Origin: Acutalibacteraceae bacterium
GTDB lineage: Bacteria; Bacillota; Clostridia; Oscillospirales; Acutalibacteraceae
Length of the DNA: 64,000 nucleotides
NCBI GenBank assembly: GCA_045604965.1
Contig: JAZUPB010000035.1
Span: 54,774-118,773, forward strand
Direction of reading: 5' to 3'
Under the pieces are notes generated by a model that saw only the letters and a list, made by a program, of their open reading frames with translations, was not told where the DNA came from and did not search any database. This document shows, in pieces, positions 38,686 through 48,916 of the stretch (position 1 is the stretch's first letter; every line of letters begins with the position of its first letter). The position numbers and the translations under genes were made by a program.

Positions 38686-39422
38686 GAAATCTTCTGCTTA
38701 CAATAAGTTTTCTCGGCACAGCATATCACGGATGGCAAATTCAGGAAAACGCCATTACCGTTCAGGAAGTTCTGCAGAATGCCCTTAAAACTGTTTTGGG
38801 AGAGCAGCCCGAAATAAAGGGATGTTCCCGTACCGACACCGGCGTTCACGCTTCAAAATTCTGTGTCAGCGTTAAAACAGAAAGCAGAATTCCCTGCGAT
38901 CGTCTGCCTGTTGCGCTGAACGTAAATCTTCCAAAGGACATAGCTGTTCTTTCCTGCGTGGAGGTTTCTTCAGATTTTCACGCCCGATACGACGCAAAAG
39001 GAAAACGCTATCTATATAAAATACTCAACACGCCCCTAAGAGATCCTTTCTATGAGGGGCGTGCACTCCATTATACAAGACCTTTGGATGAAAATCAGCT
39101 CGACAGAGCCTGCAAAAACTATATCGGTACCCACGATTTTTTGTCATTCTGCTCAAGCGGTTCCTCTGTTGAGGATACCGTTCGTACTGTCTCGGATGCA
39201 AGAGTGTACCGCCAAGGCGATCTGGTTGTTTTCAGTGTAAGTGCAGACGGTTTTCTCTATAATATGGTGCGCATTATGGTCGGAACCCTGCTCTCTGTCG
39301 CTGAGAATAAAATTCTTCCCGAGGATATACCTGATATTATAGCTTCCCGTAATCGAAACAATGCCGGTATTACCGCTCCGCCTCACGGGCTTTATCTCGA
39401 TGAGGTTTTTTACGATTTGTGA
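38682..39422 (+). CDS. truA: tRNA pseudouridine(38-40) synthase TruA
   Basis: 246-aa ORF beginning MRNLLLTISFLGTAYHGWQIQ, with the catalytic Asp in RTDTGVHA. Confidence 0.85.
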   Translation: MRNLLLTISFLGTAYHGWQIQENAITVQEVLQNALKTVLGEQPEIKGCSRTDTGVHASKFCVSVKTESRIPCDRLPVALNVNLPKDIAVLSCVEVSSDFHARYDAKGKRYLYKILNTPLRDPFYEGRALHYTRPLDENQLDRACKNYIGTHDFLSFCSSGSSVEDTVRTVSDARVYRQGDLVVFSVSADGFLYNMVRIMVGTLLSVAENKILPEDIPDIIASRNRNNAGITAPPHGLYLDEVFYDL

Positions 39423-39438
39423 AAAATGAGGAATAATT

Positions 39439-40857
39439 ATGGATAAAGAAAAAGAAAGAGTCACTTCTCACAAAACATCCCAAAGCACTGTGCGCAGTTC
39501 ATCTGCCAAATCTTCTTCCGGAAGCAGCAGTGCAAAAAAAGTTGTGTCAAAAAAGGCACAGACAGACTACAGGCCTGCTACCAGTGAACTGAAGCAGCGC
39601 ACGTCTTCTGCCGGAGTTAAACGAACCACTAATTCTGCTACCTCAACACGCAAAAAAACAGGAACAAAAAAGAAGAACACAAAGAAAAAGGAATCCAGAC
39701 TGTCTGCGATATTCAACGGCGTTCCTGCTGCGGCGAGATTTCTTCTTAAGCTTTTTTGCGTCTTTCTTGTTCTTGTAATAATTATTGTATTATGGACCTC
39801 TGCAACCGGCTGGTCTTTCGGCGATCTTTGTACACACAGTGCTCAGACTGTAAAGGACTGGAGCGCGTATAGCGGAACAGGAAGTGACTTTCCCCTGACC
39901 CTCAGCGGCAGCCATTCCTTAAAGCAGGAAAAGATCGGTGGAGGAGTTGCTGTCCTCACTGACACTTCTCTTACCTTCTACAGCAAAAAGGGCAACATGG
40001 CAAGAAGTCAGGCTCATTACATAGCAAACCCTGCACTGGCTGCTGAAAGCAATTATGCTCTTGTATACGATATCGGCGGTGACAGATGGAGATTTGAAAC
40101 TGCTTCGTCCACTCTCTGCTACGGTGAGGCTGATTACACTATCCTTTCAGGAAACGTGTCGCGCAGCGGATACTTCTCTCTTGTATGCTCTGATTCTGAA
40201 CGTCATTCTTCTGTTTATGTATATGACCGCTCGGGCAATAAAGTATTCGGCTGGAAAAGTGCCGACTATTACATCACCGTTTCCGCACTGAGCAGCAGCG
40301 GCGAAACTCTTACCGTTTGTGGATTCAACGCAGAAAACGGACTCATAAAATCTACGGTCATTACCTTTGATGTGTTTAAGAGTAAGGAAATATCAAGAGA
40401 ATTTTTCTCCGATACACTGCTTCTTGATGCTCGATATCTTAAAAGCGGAAAAGCTGTTGTTGTGGGAGAACAGAATATAATCACTGTCTCAAAGGACGGA
40501 AAAGTATTTGAATCTGTTCCTTTGCCAAACGATGTCACAGCCTATGACTTTGATTACAGCAGCGGTCTCGTATACTGCACATCTCCTGTCGAGGGCAGCA
40601 GTATCACCACCCTCACAGCTCTTGACACCAACGCAAATGAGCGTTTTTCTCAAAAGCTTTCCTGCAAGGTAACTGATATCGCAGCTTCTTCCGATTATAT
40701 CTGCGTTCTCTCCCAAGGATTCGCTTCATCTTATACAATCGGCGGTAAGTTTATAAAAGAATTCGACACTGCTGTCGATGCTAAAAAAATTGCTGTTATC
40801 AAAGATGATGCTTATATACTCTGCAACACTGTGCTCAGAAAAGAGCGCATATCATAA
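39439..40857 (+). CDS. hypothetical membrane-anchored protein with disordered basic/Ser-rich N-terminus and large extracytoplasmic domain
   Basis: 472-aa ORF. It has a low-complexity N-terminal region, a single TM helix (FLLKLFCVFLVLVIIIVLW), then a beta-rich domain. Confidence 0.5.
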   Translation: MDKEKERVTSHKTSQSTVRSSSAKSSSGSSSAKKVVSKKAQTDYRPATSELKQRTSSAGVKRTTNSATSTRKKTGTKKKNTKKKESRLSAIFNGVPAAARFLLKLFCVFLVLVIIIVLWTSATGWSFGDLCTHSAQTVKDWSAYSGTGSDFPLTLSGSHSLKQEKIGGGVAVLTDTSLTFYSKKGNMARSQAHYIANPALAAESNYALVYDIGGDRWRFETASSTLCYGEADYTILSGNVSRSGYFSLVCSDSERHSSVYVYDRSGNKVFGWKSADYYITVSALSSSGETLTVCGFNAENGLIKSTVITFDVFKSKEISREFFSDTLLLDARYLKSGKAVVVGEQNIITVSKDGKVFESVPLPNDVTAYDFDYSSGLVYCTSPVEGSSITTLTALDTNANERFSQKLSCKVTDIAASSDYICVLSQGFASSYTIGGKFIKEFDTAVDAKKIAVIKDDAYILCNTVLRKERIS

Positions 40858-40923
40858 TATTTGAATAATTCAAGCGGACATGTTAAAAATACTCTCATAA
40901 AAGATTTATGAAGGGTGTCTGAG

Positions 40924-41301
40924 ATGTCCGCTGTTTCTTTGACCATCGATTGTCTCAAGGCTTTTTTTGTTGGCGGTGCAATTTGTCTTGTAGGTCAGAT
41001 ACTTATAGACAAAACAAAACTTACTCCGGGCCGTATTCTGACCTGCTTTGTTGTTGCAGGCGTTGCACTAACTGCTATCGGGATTTACGACCCGTTGGTT
41101 AAATGGGCCGGTTCCGGTGCTACAGTACCTCTGACCGGATTTGGATATACCCTTGCCCAAGGTGTAAAAAAGGCAATTGACAAAGACGGAGTCATCGGCA
41201 TAATCACCGGCGGTGTGACTGCCGCTGCCGGCGGAATTACTGCTGCTGTAGTCTTCGGATATATTGCCGCTCTTTTATCAAAACCCATTGATAAAAGCTG
41301 A
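40924..41301 (+). CDS. SpoVAC/SpoVAEB-family sporulation membrane protein
   Basis: The ORF track starts at GTG 40915. The ATG at 40924 follows RBS GAAGGGTG. The product is small and glycine-rich with 4 TM helices, typical of SpoVAC/SpoVAEB proteins. Confidence 0.6.
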   Translation: MSAVSLTIDCLKAFFVGGAICLVGQILIDKTKLTPGRILTCFVVAGVALTAIGIYDPLVKWAGSGATVPLTGFGYTLAQGVKKAIDKDGVIGIITGGVTAAAGGITAAVVFGYIAALLSKPIDKS

Positions 41302-41302
41302 A

Positions 41303-41330
41303 AAAGGTGCCCTTTCGGGCACCTTTTTTA
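41303..41330. terminator. bidirectional intrinsic terminator
   Basis: AGGTGCCC-TTTC-GGGCACCT hairpin flanked by AAAAA and TTTTTT. Confidence 0.65.
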
Positions 41331-42095
41331 CTGATAATAGTTTTGCAGATACTGAAGCCATTCGCTGTATATTTCCGATTCTGTCTTTCCAAAGCAGGTT
41401 ATATAATCTTCTTTTTCTATTAGTTTCAGTACATTATCCCAGCCATATTCTTTATCAAGATATTCTATATAGGTTTGGGCAAAAGTGTACCCTCCACATT
41501 CCGAAAATGCTATGGGATTATTTGTCTGTGTTGCTTTATAAGACGGAACGGACATATATTCAAGCATCTCTCTGTAAAACGGTTCTCCGTTGGTAAGGTA
41601 CAGAGCGACACCCTCTGTCAGCCACAGCGATATATTTTCATTCATCACACTTACATATGCGTGGGTTATCTCATGGGGTATTGCGGCTTTTATGCTCTGA
41701 TAACTATGATATTTTCCCGGGTTTGCAGGTGATGTAACGATCACATCTGTTCCTATATTGTCTCCGATATACCAGTCGAGCCCGAGAAGTGGTGCGATAA
41801 AGCCATATTTTTTAGTCTGCATAGTTTTCTGACTGTCATAGATATATATTTTTATATTTTGTTTTTCCGTAAAACCAAGCTTTTCAGCTATACGCTCAGA
41901 TTCACTTTCTGCGAAACAGAATACATCTTCTGCCGCCTCTTTTTCGTTTTCACAGTAAAGTGTTATCCATTCACCTTTTATTTCCTGCATACCGCTCGTT
42001 TCAAGAGACAATGTCGGAATAAAATTCGCAAGGGTCACAAGGACAAGCACAAGGATCACCGATGCTGTGACAATGATAATTTTCTTTGTTTTCAT
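41328..42095 (-). CDS. secreted/lipo-anchored putative zinc metallopeptidase (HExxH)
   Basis: Start at MKTKKIIIV (ATG 42095), with RBS AAAGGAGGA. The product has a signal-anchor and a HEITHAY motif. Confidence 0.55.
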   Translation of the reverse strand: MKTKKIIIVTASVILVLVLVTLANFIPTLSLETSGMQEIKGEWITLYCENEKEAAEDVFCFAESESERIAEKLGFTEKQNIKIYIYDSQKTMQTKKYGFIAPLLGLDWYIGDNIGTDVIVTSPANPGKYHSYQSIKAAIPHEITHAYVSVMNENISLWLTEGVALYLTNGEPFYREMLEYMSVPSYKATQTNNPIAFSECGGYTFAQTYIEYLDKEYGWDNVLKLIEKEDYITCFGKTESEIYSEWLQYLQNYYQ

Positions 42096-42186
42096 TTTTC
42101 TTCCTCCTTTTGTGTGCCGATTATACCCCTCAACACGCATAAAAAAGAAGTAACCGTGGTCATAACTTCATATGACCACGGTCATT

Positions 42187-42999
42187 TTATTCATAAAACC
42201 TGCCGAATTTCAATATAAGCACGTTTCTCTCTCTTATTCCGAGCTTATCATAGATCACAGACACATAATTTTTAACCGTTCCGTTTGAAAGACACAACTT
42301 ATCAGCTATTTGCATATTAGTCAAACCACCGATCATCAGTCTGAAAACAGATCGTTCACGCTCACTGAGCAGAAGAAGGAGTTTTTCAAATTCTTCCCTT
42401 TCTTTGTCTGTTTCTTCATTGCTTTCACTCTTAAATGTCGAAAAAACCGTAAAGAATTTTCGGTATCTTTCACCGACGAGCATCAGCAATACGAAACACC
42501 CTGCATACTGAAGAGCTCTCGGCACTGCTCCGTATCTGATTATATCTTCCATAGTGCGGAAAGGCTCAAGATGCGGTTGATACATTGTAAAGAAAGAAAT
42601 AATATGGGATATAAATATTGCCGCGACAGTTATCGTCCCCGAATAATACATAAGCTTTTTATTCAGATACAGCACTGCTATGACTGACGGTACAACAAAT
42701 ACCAGTACCGCCTGAAATGTAAACAGCACATACGCTGCCGATGCCATAACCGCAGCTGAAGAAACGATAAGAAACTTCATCACATTGTTATAAACGTGCA
42801 TTTTCAGTATAACAAAGGCAGGTATTACCAGAGTCACAAAGGATACTGAAAGCAGTATTACGGTCATTTCAAACTGTATGTCAAATATACCGATCCAGCA
42901 AAACACAGATATCAGTGATATTACACCAAAAACTATAAGCAGTGCTTTTGCAGCCGCTTCGTTTATCTCTGCTTCGTTTTTCTTCAGAAGTGCTTCCAT
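42187..42999 (-). CDS. membrane-bound LuxR-family transcriptional regulator (6 TM + C-terminal HTH)
   Basis: Start at MEALLKK, with RBS AAGGAGAG. The C-terminal LuxR HTH reads …LTNMQIADKLCLSNGTVKNYVSVIYDKLG. Confidence 0.7.
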   Translation of the reverse strand: MEALLKKNEAEINEAAAKALLIVFGVISLISVFCWIGIFDIQFEMTVILLSVSFVTLVIPAFVILKMHVYNNVMKFLIVSSAAVMASAAYVLFTFQAVLVFVVPSVIAVLYLNKKLMYYSGTITVAAIFISHIISFFTMYQPHLEPFRTMEDIIRYGAVPRALQYAGCFVLLMLVGERYRKFFTVFSTFKSESNEETDKEREEFEKLLLLLSERERSVFRLMIGGLTNMQIADKLCLSNGTVKNYVSVIYDKLGIRERNVLILKFGRFYE

Positions 43000-43062
43000 T
43001 TTCCATCTCTCCTTATTATCTGCAAAGAGTACGTTATGCCGAAGCATAACGTACTCTTAAAA

Positions 43063-44520
43063 TTACAGATTTCTGTTCCAGGTTGTTCTGCTCAGCATTG
43101 CAAGGAGCGGGAATATTTCCAGTCTTCCAAGCAGCATATCAGCACTCAGCACAATCTTTGAAAATCCGCTGAAACTTGAAAAATTACCTGTAGCACCGAC
43201 CGTTTCAAAGCCCGGTCCAATATTATTAAAGCAGGCTATTACTGCCGAGAAATTTGTCATCATAGTCTGGTTATCTACGGATATGAGCAAAAAGCTAAGT
43301 GCAATTATTGCAACATATGCCACCAGATACGCGCTTACATTTGTTATTGTCTGCTCATTTATGCGTCTGTTGTCCATCTGAATAACAACAGTTCGGTTCG
43401 GATGAATCGCATTTCGTACGTTTCGGCGAAGTGTTTTTGCAAGAATTATGGTTCGTGACACTTTGATTCCGCCGCCTGTACTTCCTGCGCAGGCTCCGAT
43501 ACACATAAGTGCAAGCAGTATGCCCTTTGCAAATGTAGGCCAAAGTTCAAAATCTGTTGTTGCATATCCTGTCGTCGTCATTATACTGCTCGCCTGGAAC
43601 GCCGAGTGACGCAGCGCTTCTCCCCATGTGTCATACATATTGAGCACACTGCAGAAAATACCTGCAACAGCAAAAACATAGTACAGAATGTAAACTCTCA
43701 GCTCCTGACTTTTTATTGCCGATTTAAACTTTTTCAGAAGCAGAAGATAATAAATATTGAAGTTCACTCCGAAAAGGAACATAAAAATTGTTGTTACGTT
43801 CTGTGCAAATGGAGTATATGATGCCAGACTGTCATTTCTGACTCCGAAACCACCTGTTCCTGCAGTACCAAATGCTATGCATATGCTGTCGAAAAACGGC
43901 ATTTTTCCTATAAGCAGAAATATAAAGCAGAGCACTGTCATTCCTATATATATGAGGTAAAGAATTGTTGCCGTTGATCTCATATGAGGTGTCAGCTTGC
44001 CCACATCGGGACCGGGGCTTTCCGCTCGCAGCAAATGCATATCAGAGCTTTTGCCTTTATTTGCAGCAGGTATTACCGCCATCAGAAACACCAGCACGCC
44101 CATTCCGCCCAGCCAATGGGTAAAGCTGCGCCAGTAAAGCAGACTTCTCGACAACGCTTCCACATCAGTCAGTACACTTGAACCTGTTGTGGTGAATCCT
44201 GATACAGTTTCAAAAAATGCATCAATCAAATTGGGAATCTGTCCGCTTATAAAGAAGGGCAGGCATCCGAACAGTGACATAAATATCCAGGATAAACCCG
44301 TTGCAAGAAAGCCTTCCTGTGCATAAAAATCCTGTTTTCTCTTCTTTGTCAGAAAGAGTACCGCACCGCTGATCGCCCCTATTGCGGCAATAGTATAAAG
44401 AAAACTCAATGCAACATCCGTTTCTTTATCACCTACAGCTATAAACAGCGGCACAAGCATAAAGAATGCCTCTATTATCAGTACATGACTGATTATTCGG
44501 CCTACAAGCTTATAATTCAT
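43063..44520 (-). CDS. trkH: TrkH/KtrB-family K+ transporter membrane subunit
   Basis: 485-aa polytopic ORF with repeated selectivity-filter-like GxG segments (TGGFG, GTGG). Confidence 0.8.
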   Translation of the reverse strand: MNYKLVGRIISHVLIIEAFFMLVPLFIAVGDKETDVALSFLYTIAAIGAISGAVLFLTKKRKQDFYAQEGFLATGLSWIFMSLFGCLPFFISGQIPNLIDAFFETVSGFTTTGSSVLTDVEALSRSLLYWRSFTHWLGGMGVLVFLMAVIPAANKGKSSDMHLLRAESPGPDVGKLTPHMRSTATILYLIYIGMTVLCFIFLLIGKMPFFDSICIAFGTAGTGGFGVRNDSLASYTPFAQNVTTIFMFLFGVNFNIYYLLLLKKFKSAIKSQELRVYILYYVFAVAGIFCSVLNMYDTWGEALRHSAFQASSIMTTTGYATTDFELWPTFAKGILLALMCIGACAGSTGGGIKVSRTIILAKTLRRNVRNAIHPNRTVVIQMDNRRINEQTITNVSAYLVAYVAIIALSFLLISVDNQTMMTNFSAVIACFNNIGPGFETVGATGNFSSFSGFSKIVLSADMLLGRLEIFPLLAMLSRTTWNRNL

Positions 44521-44540
44521 AACAACGCCCTCTCATACCA

Positions 44541-45902
44541 TCATTCGCTGAAAATATCATTGAAATGCAGTATGGATTCCTCCGCACTTGCTGTGACTAC
44601 CACCGAATCCCCTATACCGTAGGATGTGCTTCCGTCAGGAATTATGGATTTGCCCTTATGCAGGATGCAGGATAAAATTACATTTTTTCGTATTGGAACA
44701 TCCTTCAGGGGAGTATCGACGTAATCTGATCCTTCATCAATTATAAATTCCATAGCCTCTGCCTGACCGCCTGCTATCGGGTGCACTGTGAGCGCCGCAC
44801 CGGACTTGTTCGTCATAGCACGGACGTATCGTGCAATATTTTCACCGCTGAGGTGAGTAGAGCTGATTACACTGCCGATATTGAGACTTTCAAGCAGCGC
44901 CGGCGATTCGATCCTGTTTATTTTTGTTATTACCTGATCTACTCCTATAGACGCACCGTACATCGACACGATCATATTGACTTCATCAAGACCTGTCAGG
45001 GTTATAAGTGCATCCATAGTACCACAGCCTTCACGGTCAAGAACATCCTGCGATGATCCGTCACTGCATATTATTGTTGCAGTGGGCATAGCCATAGACA
45101 ACTGTGCACAGCGCTGAGGATCACTTTCGATTATCTTTATATGAATACCCGACTGCATAAGCAGTTTCGCAAGATAAACGCTGATTCTGTCTCCGCCGAC
45201 TATCATTATGTGCTTTATCTTCTTTGTGGTAAGCCCCAGCTTGCGGACAAGCACCGATAATACATCATTGGGTGCGGTCACATATACTCGGTCTCCGCTC
45301 TTTATGACAAAATTACCGTTAGGAATAAACGCTTTGCCGTCACGTACGACGGCGCACACAAGCACCTTGCATCCGATTTTTGACGAAAGGGTGTTTATTG
45401 AGATGTTTTTTATCTTCGAGTCATCTTTTACTTTTATCTGGACAACTTCTACTCTGCCTTTTGCAAAAGTATCGCGCTTTAAAAACGCAGGAAACTGAAG
45501 CTGCAGATAAATCTCTCTTGCAGCATCACGATCAGGGTTAACCACCATTGATATACCAAAATCCTGACGCATTTTTATTGCAATGTCATTGAATTCCGGA
45601 TTTCTTATTCTCGGTATTGTGTGAATACGAGAGTTCAGATTCTTTGCAAGAAGACAGCAAAGAAGGTTTGTTTCATCGGAGCCGGTAAAGGCTATCAGCA
45701 GATCTGCCTGCTCTACCCCTGCCTCCTTGAGTGCATCGTCAGTTATGCAGTTGCCGTTTACTGTCATAACATCATATATATCTGCCGCTCTTGAAAGTGT
45801 CGCAGAATCTTTATCTATAAGGGTGATATTGTGTTCTCCATCTGCCAACTGCTTTATTATAGCATTACCGGCCTTGCCGGTTCCTGCAATAATTATATTC
45901 AT
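44541..45902 (-). CDS. trkA: Trk system K+ uptake protein TrkA (tandem RCK/NAD-binding domains)
   Basis: 453-aa ORF with two Rossmann GxGxxG motifs (IIAGTGKAG; IVGGDRIS). Confidence 0.8.
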   Translation of the reverse strand: MNIIIAGTGKAGNAIIKQLADGEHNITLIDKDSATLSRAADIYDVMTVNGNCITDDALKEAGVEQADLLIAFTGSDETNLLCCLLAKNLNSRIHTIPRIRNPEFNDIAIKMRQDFGISMVVNPDRDAAREIYLQLQFPAFLKRDTFAKGRVEVVQIKVKDDSKIKNISINTLSSKIGCKVLVCAVVRDGKAFIPNGNFVIKSGDRVYVTAPNDVLSVLVRKLGLTTKKIKHIMIVGGDRISVYLAKLLMQSGIHIKIIESDPQRCAQLSMAMPTATIICSDGSSQDVLDREGCGTMDALITLTGLDEVNMIVSMYGASIGVDQVITKINRIESPALLESLNIGSVISSTHLSGENIARYVRAMTNKSGAALTVHPIAGGQAEAMEFIIDEGSDYVDTPLKDVPIRKNVILSCILHKGKSIIPDGSTSYGIGDSVVVTASAEESILHFNDIFSE

Positions 45903-46024
45903 TTTGCAGCACCCTCCTTAATTACGCAGTTTTTGTCATTCTATCACTTTATCAGATAATATGCAATACACAAAACAAGTGGGGAGAAACTCCTTATCAG
46001 AGCCTCTCCCCTTCATTATATGCT

Positions 46025-47419
46025 TTATTCAGCAGCGCCGTCCTGAGGCTTTTCCTCTTCGATCTCCGTTCCCAGAAGTGAAGGAATTTTCATTCCTGCC
46101 ATCTTGAATGTCTCACTGAGGGGAGGAACTGCGCCCATAAGGCCGGAAAGGAAATTTGCGGTGGAAGTCTTTCCGTTTTCGCCCTTGCCGCTGTCCCATA
46201 CGGTGACCTTGTCAATCTTTACGTTCTTGATAGCTTCGACCTGTGTCTTGACAAGCTCTTCGATCTTGTCAGCAATAATGAGCTGTACAGCATCCTCGGG
46301 GTTGCCGCCTGCAGCCTTTACGATCTCTGCAAGACCTGATGCCTGCTTGGTAAGGATCTCTTCCATACCCCTTGCCTGTGCCTGCATTCTTGCATAGATA
46401 GCGTCAGCTTCACCCTGTGCCTGACGGCGGATCTTTTCAGCTTCCGCCTCTGCTTCGATCTCGATTCTCTGCTTCTCGATCTCTGCCTTAACGATGATGT
46501 CTGCCTTCTGTGTTGCAGCTTCTCTTGCAGCACGGGAATTTTCCGCCTGCTGCTCTGCGATGTAGGATTCCTCAAGTGCCTTTGCTCTTGCAACGTTTTC
46601 TGCTGCGGTAGCTCTTCTCTGAGCTTCTGCTTCGCGCTCTCTTCTTGTTGCGTCAGACTGTGCGATCTTTGCCTTTGCCTCGTTTTCACCGTCTACAGCG
46701 GATGCGTTTGCTGCGGAAACGTTGACACGCTCATCTCTCTGTGCGTTTGCTGCACCGATAGAACCGTCTCTGTTCTGCTCGGCAACGCTTCTCTTTGCGT
46801 CATTGATTGCTCTTGCTGCTGCTTCCTTACCGAGAGCCTCGATGTAGCCGGACTCGTCGGTAATATCGGTTACGTTAACGTTGATAAGACGGAGACCGAT
46901 CTTCTTGAGTTCGCTCTCAACGTTATGAGAAACTGCTTCGAGGAACTTATCTCTGTCAGTGTTGATCTCTTCGATCTCCATTGTTGCGATAACAAGACGA
47001 AGCTGACCGAAAATGATATCCTTTGCAAGCTCCTGGATCTCTGCCATGCGAAGGCCGAGAAGTCTTTCTGCCGCATTCTGCATAATTCCGGGCTCTGTGG
47101 AGATACCTACGGTAAATCTTGAGGGAACGTCGATTCGGATGTTCTGTCTGGAAAGTGCATTTGTAAGGTCTACGTTGATGGATATGGGTGTAAGATCAAG
47201 ATACTGGAAATCCTGAACTACAGGCCATATGAATGCCGCACCACCGTGGATACACTTGGATGATGCGCTGGAGCCGTCCTTATTGTTGCCTACCTTACCG
47301 TAGATTACCATAATCTTATCGGACGGACACTTTCTGTATCTCGAAAGCACTACAAGTATCATACTGAATACGAGTACGGCAATTATCACCAATGTGATTG
47401 TCAACGGATTTTCAAACAT
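46025..47419 (-). CDS. flotillin-like SPFH/band-7 protein (FloT/YuaG-type)
   Basis: 464-aa ORF with an N-terminal TM, an SPFH domain, and EA-rich coiled-coil repeats (AEAQRRATAAE…EIEAEAEAEKIRRQAQ). Confidence 0.8.
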   Translation of the reverse strand: MFENPLTITLVIIAVLVFSMILVVLSRYRKCPSDKIMVIYGKVGNNKDGSSASSKCIHGGAAFIWPVVQDFQYLDLTPISINVDLTNALSRQNIRIDVPSRFTVGISTEPGIMQNAAERLLGLRMAEIQELAKDIIFGQLRLVIATMEIEEINTDRDKFLEAVSHNVESELKKIGLRLINVNVTDITDESGYIEALGKEAAARAINDAKRSVAEQNRDGSIGAANAQRDERVNVSAANASAVDGENEAKAKIAQSDATRREREAEAQRRATAAENVARAKALEESYIAEQQAENSRAAREAATQKADIIVKAEIEKQRIEIEAEAEAEKIRRQAQGEADAIYARMQAQARGMEEILTKQASGLAEIVKAAGGNPEDAVQLIIADKIEELVKTQVEAIKNVKIDKVTVWDSGKGENGKTSTANFLSGLMGAVPPLSETFKMAGMKIPSLLGTEIEEEKPQDGAAE

Positions 47420-47434
47420 TTTCTTTTCTCTCCT

Positions 47435-48064
47435 TTATTTATTGGGTTCTACTACAAGTGTATTGTCGCTCAGAGCCTGAGTTACTTTTACACGTTCACC
47501 GAATTTAATGGGCGTATCGCTGTCGGTAACAGCATCGATCTCAACCAGCTGCTGCCCTATAACAATATTTATCTTGCCTTTTGAACTGCGGTTTGCACCT
47601 ATTGTCATATAAACCTCGCCCTCTTTGCCTACAGCTTCAACGGGCTTCATTGTTCCGTCGTGCTGGAGACGCAAAGTCCATTTGATAAAATATGCTACAA
47701 ACAGAAGTGCAAGCGTTCCCATTACGATAGCAATCAGTATTGCAAGCAGCGGATGTGCTCCAAGAGAAATCGCGGTGATTCCCGACCAGGATCCCACTGC
47801 AAAGAAAGCAACCATTCCTCGCACCGTAAATACTCTCAGGCCTGAATCCTGCATTGCTCCGTCAATGTCGTTATCGGCATCATCGGGAATGTCAGGAGCA
47901 TCGCCATCGCCGAGACCTGAGGTATCACTGTCAAGGTCGCTGTCTCCACCTGCGCCTATTCCAAACAACAGGAGTATTGTCTGCAGTATAAGTATTACCG
48001 ATGAAGGTATTGCCAGTATCCACAGCACTGCATATACGGGATCAGAATTATACCAAGCACACAT
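47435..48064 (-). CDS. NfeD-like (YuaF-type) membrane protein, flotillin partner
   Basis: 209-aa ORF with an N-terminal TM, an acidic DSDLDSD linker, TM helices and a C-terminal OB-fold-like beta region. It lies immediately upstream of the flotillin gene. Confidence 0.7.
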   Translation of the reverse strand: MCAWYNSDPVYAVLWILAIPSSVILILQTILLLFGIGAGGDSDLDSDTSGLGDGDAPDIPDDADNDIDGAMQDSGLRVFTVRGMVAFFAVGSWSGITAISLGAHPLLAILIAIVMGTLALLFVAYFIKWTLRLQHDGTMKPVEAVGKEGEVYMTIGANRSSKGKINIVIGQQLVEIDAVTDSDTPIKFGERVKVTQALSDNTLVVEPNK

Positions 48065-48223
48065 AATATCATTCCTTTCTTTAGGTTTATATGATCACCG
48101 GCACAGCCATAATGCATTTTATCCCTAATGTACCCTTATCAAAATAAATATACTCTTATCAAAAACATATGTAAACCCACAATTTTTTGTACATAGCATA
48201 TTTATGGCCGTGCCGGTGTTTTT

Positions 48224-48754
48224 TTATCCGAAAAGCTTTCCGTATTCCTTTTCCGCCCGCATTTTAAGCTTTGCTGAAAGGTAGCCGTAAAGCATCACTC
48301 TGAGTGCTCTTATCAGTTTTTCTCTTGAATCCGGCTGAGGACCTTTATAATCTCCTATCACATCATCAACAATGGATTTTACATTGTCCTCTGACAGAAG
48401 ATTTCCTTTCGCCTCCAGCTGACGTACACCTTTCTGAATAAGCATATACAGCTCACTGTCCGATATTATATCGTCTGATCTGTCGTCAACCTTACCGTTT
48501 ACAAAACTCATAAGTGCCACTATCTTTTCCAGACTCATAATGGATCGAAGCGTATCTATTATCAGTATTCTTGCAACCTGAAGTTCGCCGTAGCGCTTAT
48601 CTACAGGCGCCTCAACCCAGCCGCGTTTGACCCAATTCTGAATCGTGGAGCTTTCCACCTTCGTCACATCACACACCTGCGACAGAAGCAATCCTCCTGT
48701 TGCCGCAAATGCCGGACGAAGCTGCTCAAAATCAATATTTCTGTTTTCTGGCAT
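48224..48754 (-). CDS. DUF1836-like HTH-containing protein
   Basis: The ORF track extends to 48835. Initiation is more likely at MPENRNIDF (ATG 48754), downstream of GAGGTGA. Confidence 0.5.
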   Translation of the reverse strand: MPENRNIDFEQLRPAFAATGGLLLSQVCDVTKVESSTIQNWVKRGWVEAPVDKRYGELQVARILIIDTLRSIMSLEKIVALMSFVNGKVDDRSDDIISDSELYMLIQKGVRQLEAKGNLLSEDNVKSIVDDVIGDYKGPQPDSREKLIRALRVMLYGYLSAKLKMRAEKEYGKLFG

Positions 48755-48916
48755 CAACTCACCTCGTCTCGAAGTATTTTGAACTCGTTTTGTGATGTCA
48801 AGATTATAGCAGAGGTTCATATGACCGTCAATCACATTCTCTCGATTTTATGAGTAACTACATTCATTTATCATATGATTCTCTTTTATTCTCTCGTGTT
48901 TTCTCTTTTTTTCTCA

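Noticed and set aside
45903-46024. Possible c-di-AMP (ydaO) riboswitch upstream of trkA
   Set aside because: The gap is only about 120 nt. It is occupied by the flotillin terminator and a TTGCAT-17-TAGAAT promoter, and no ydaO-like conserved helices are seen.
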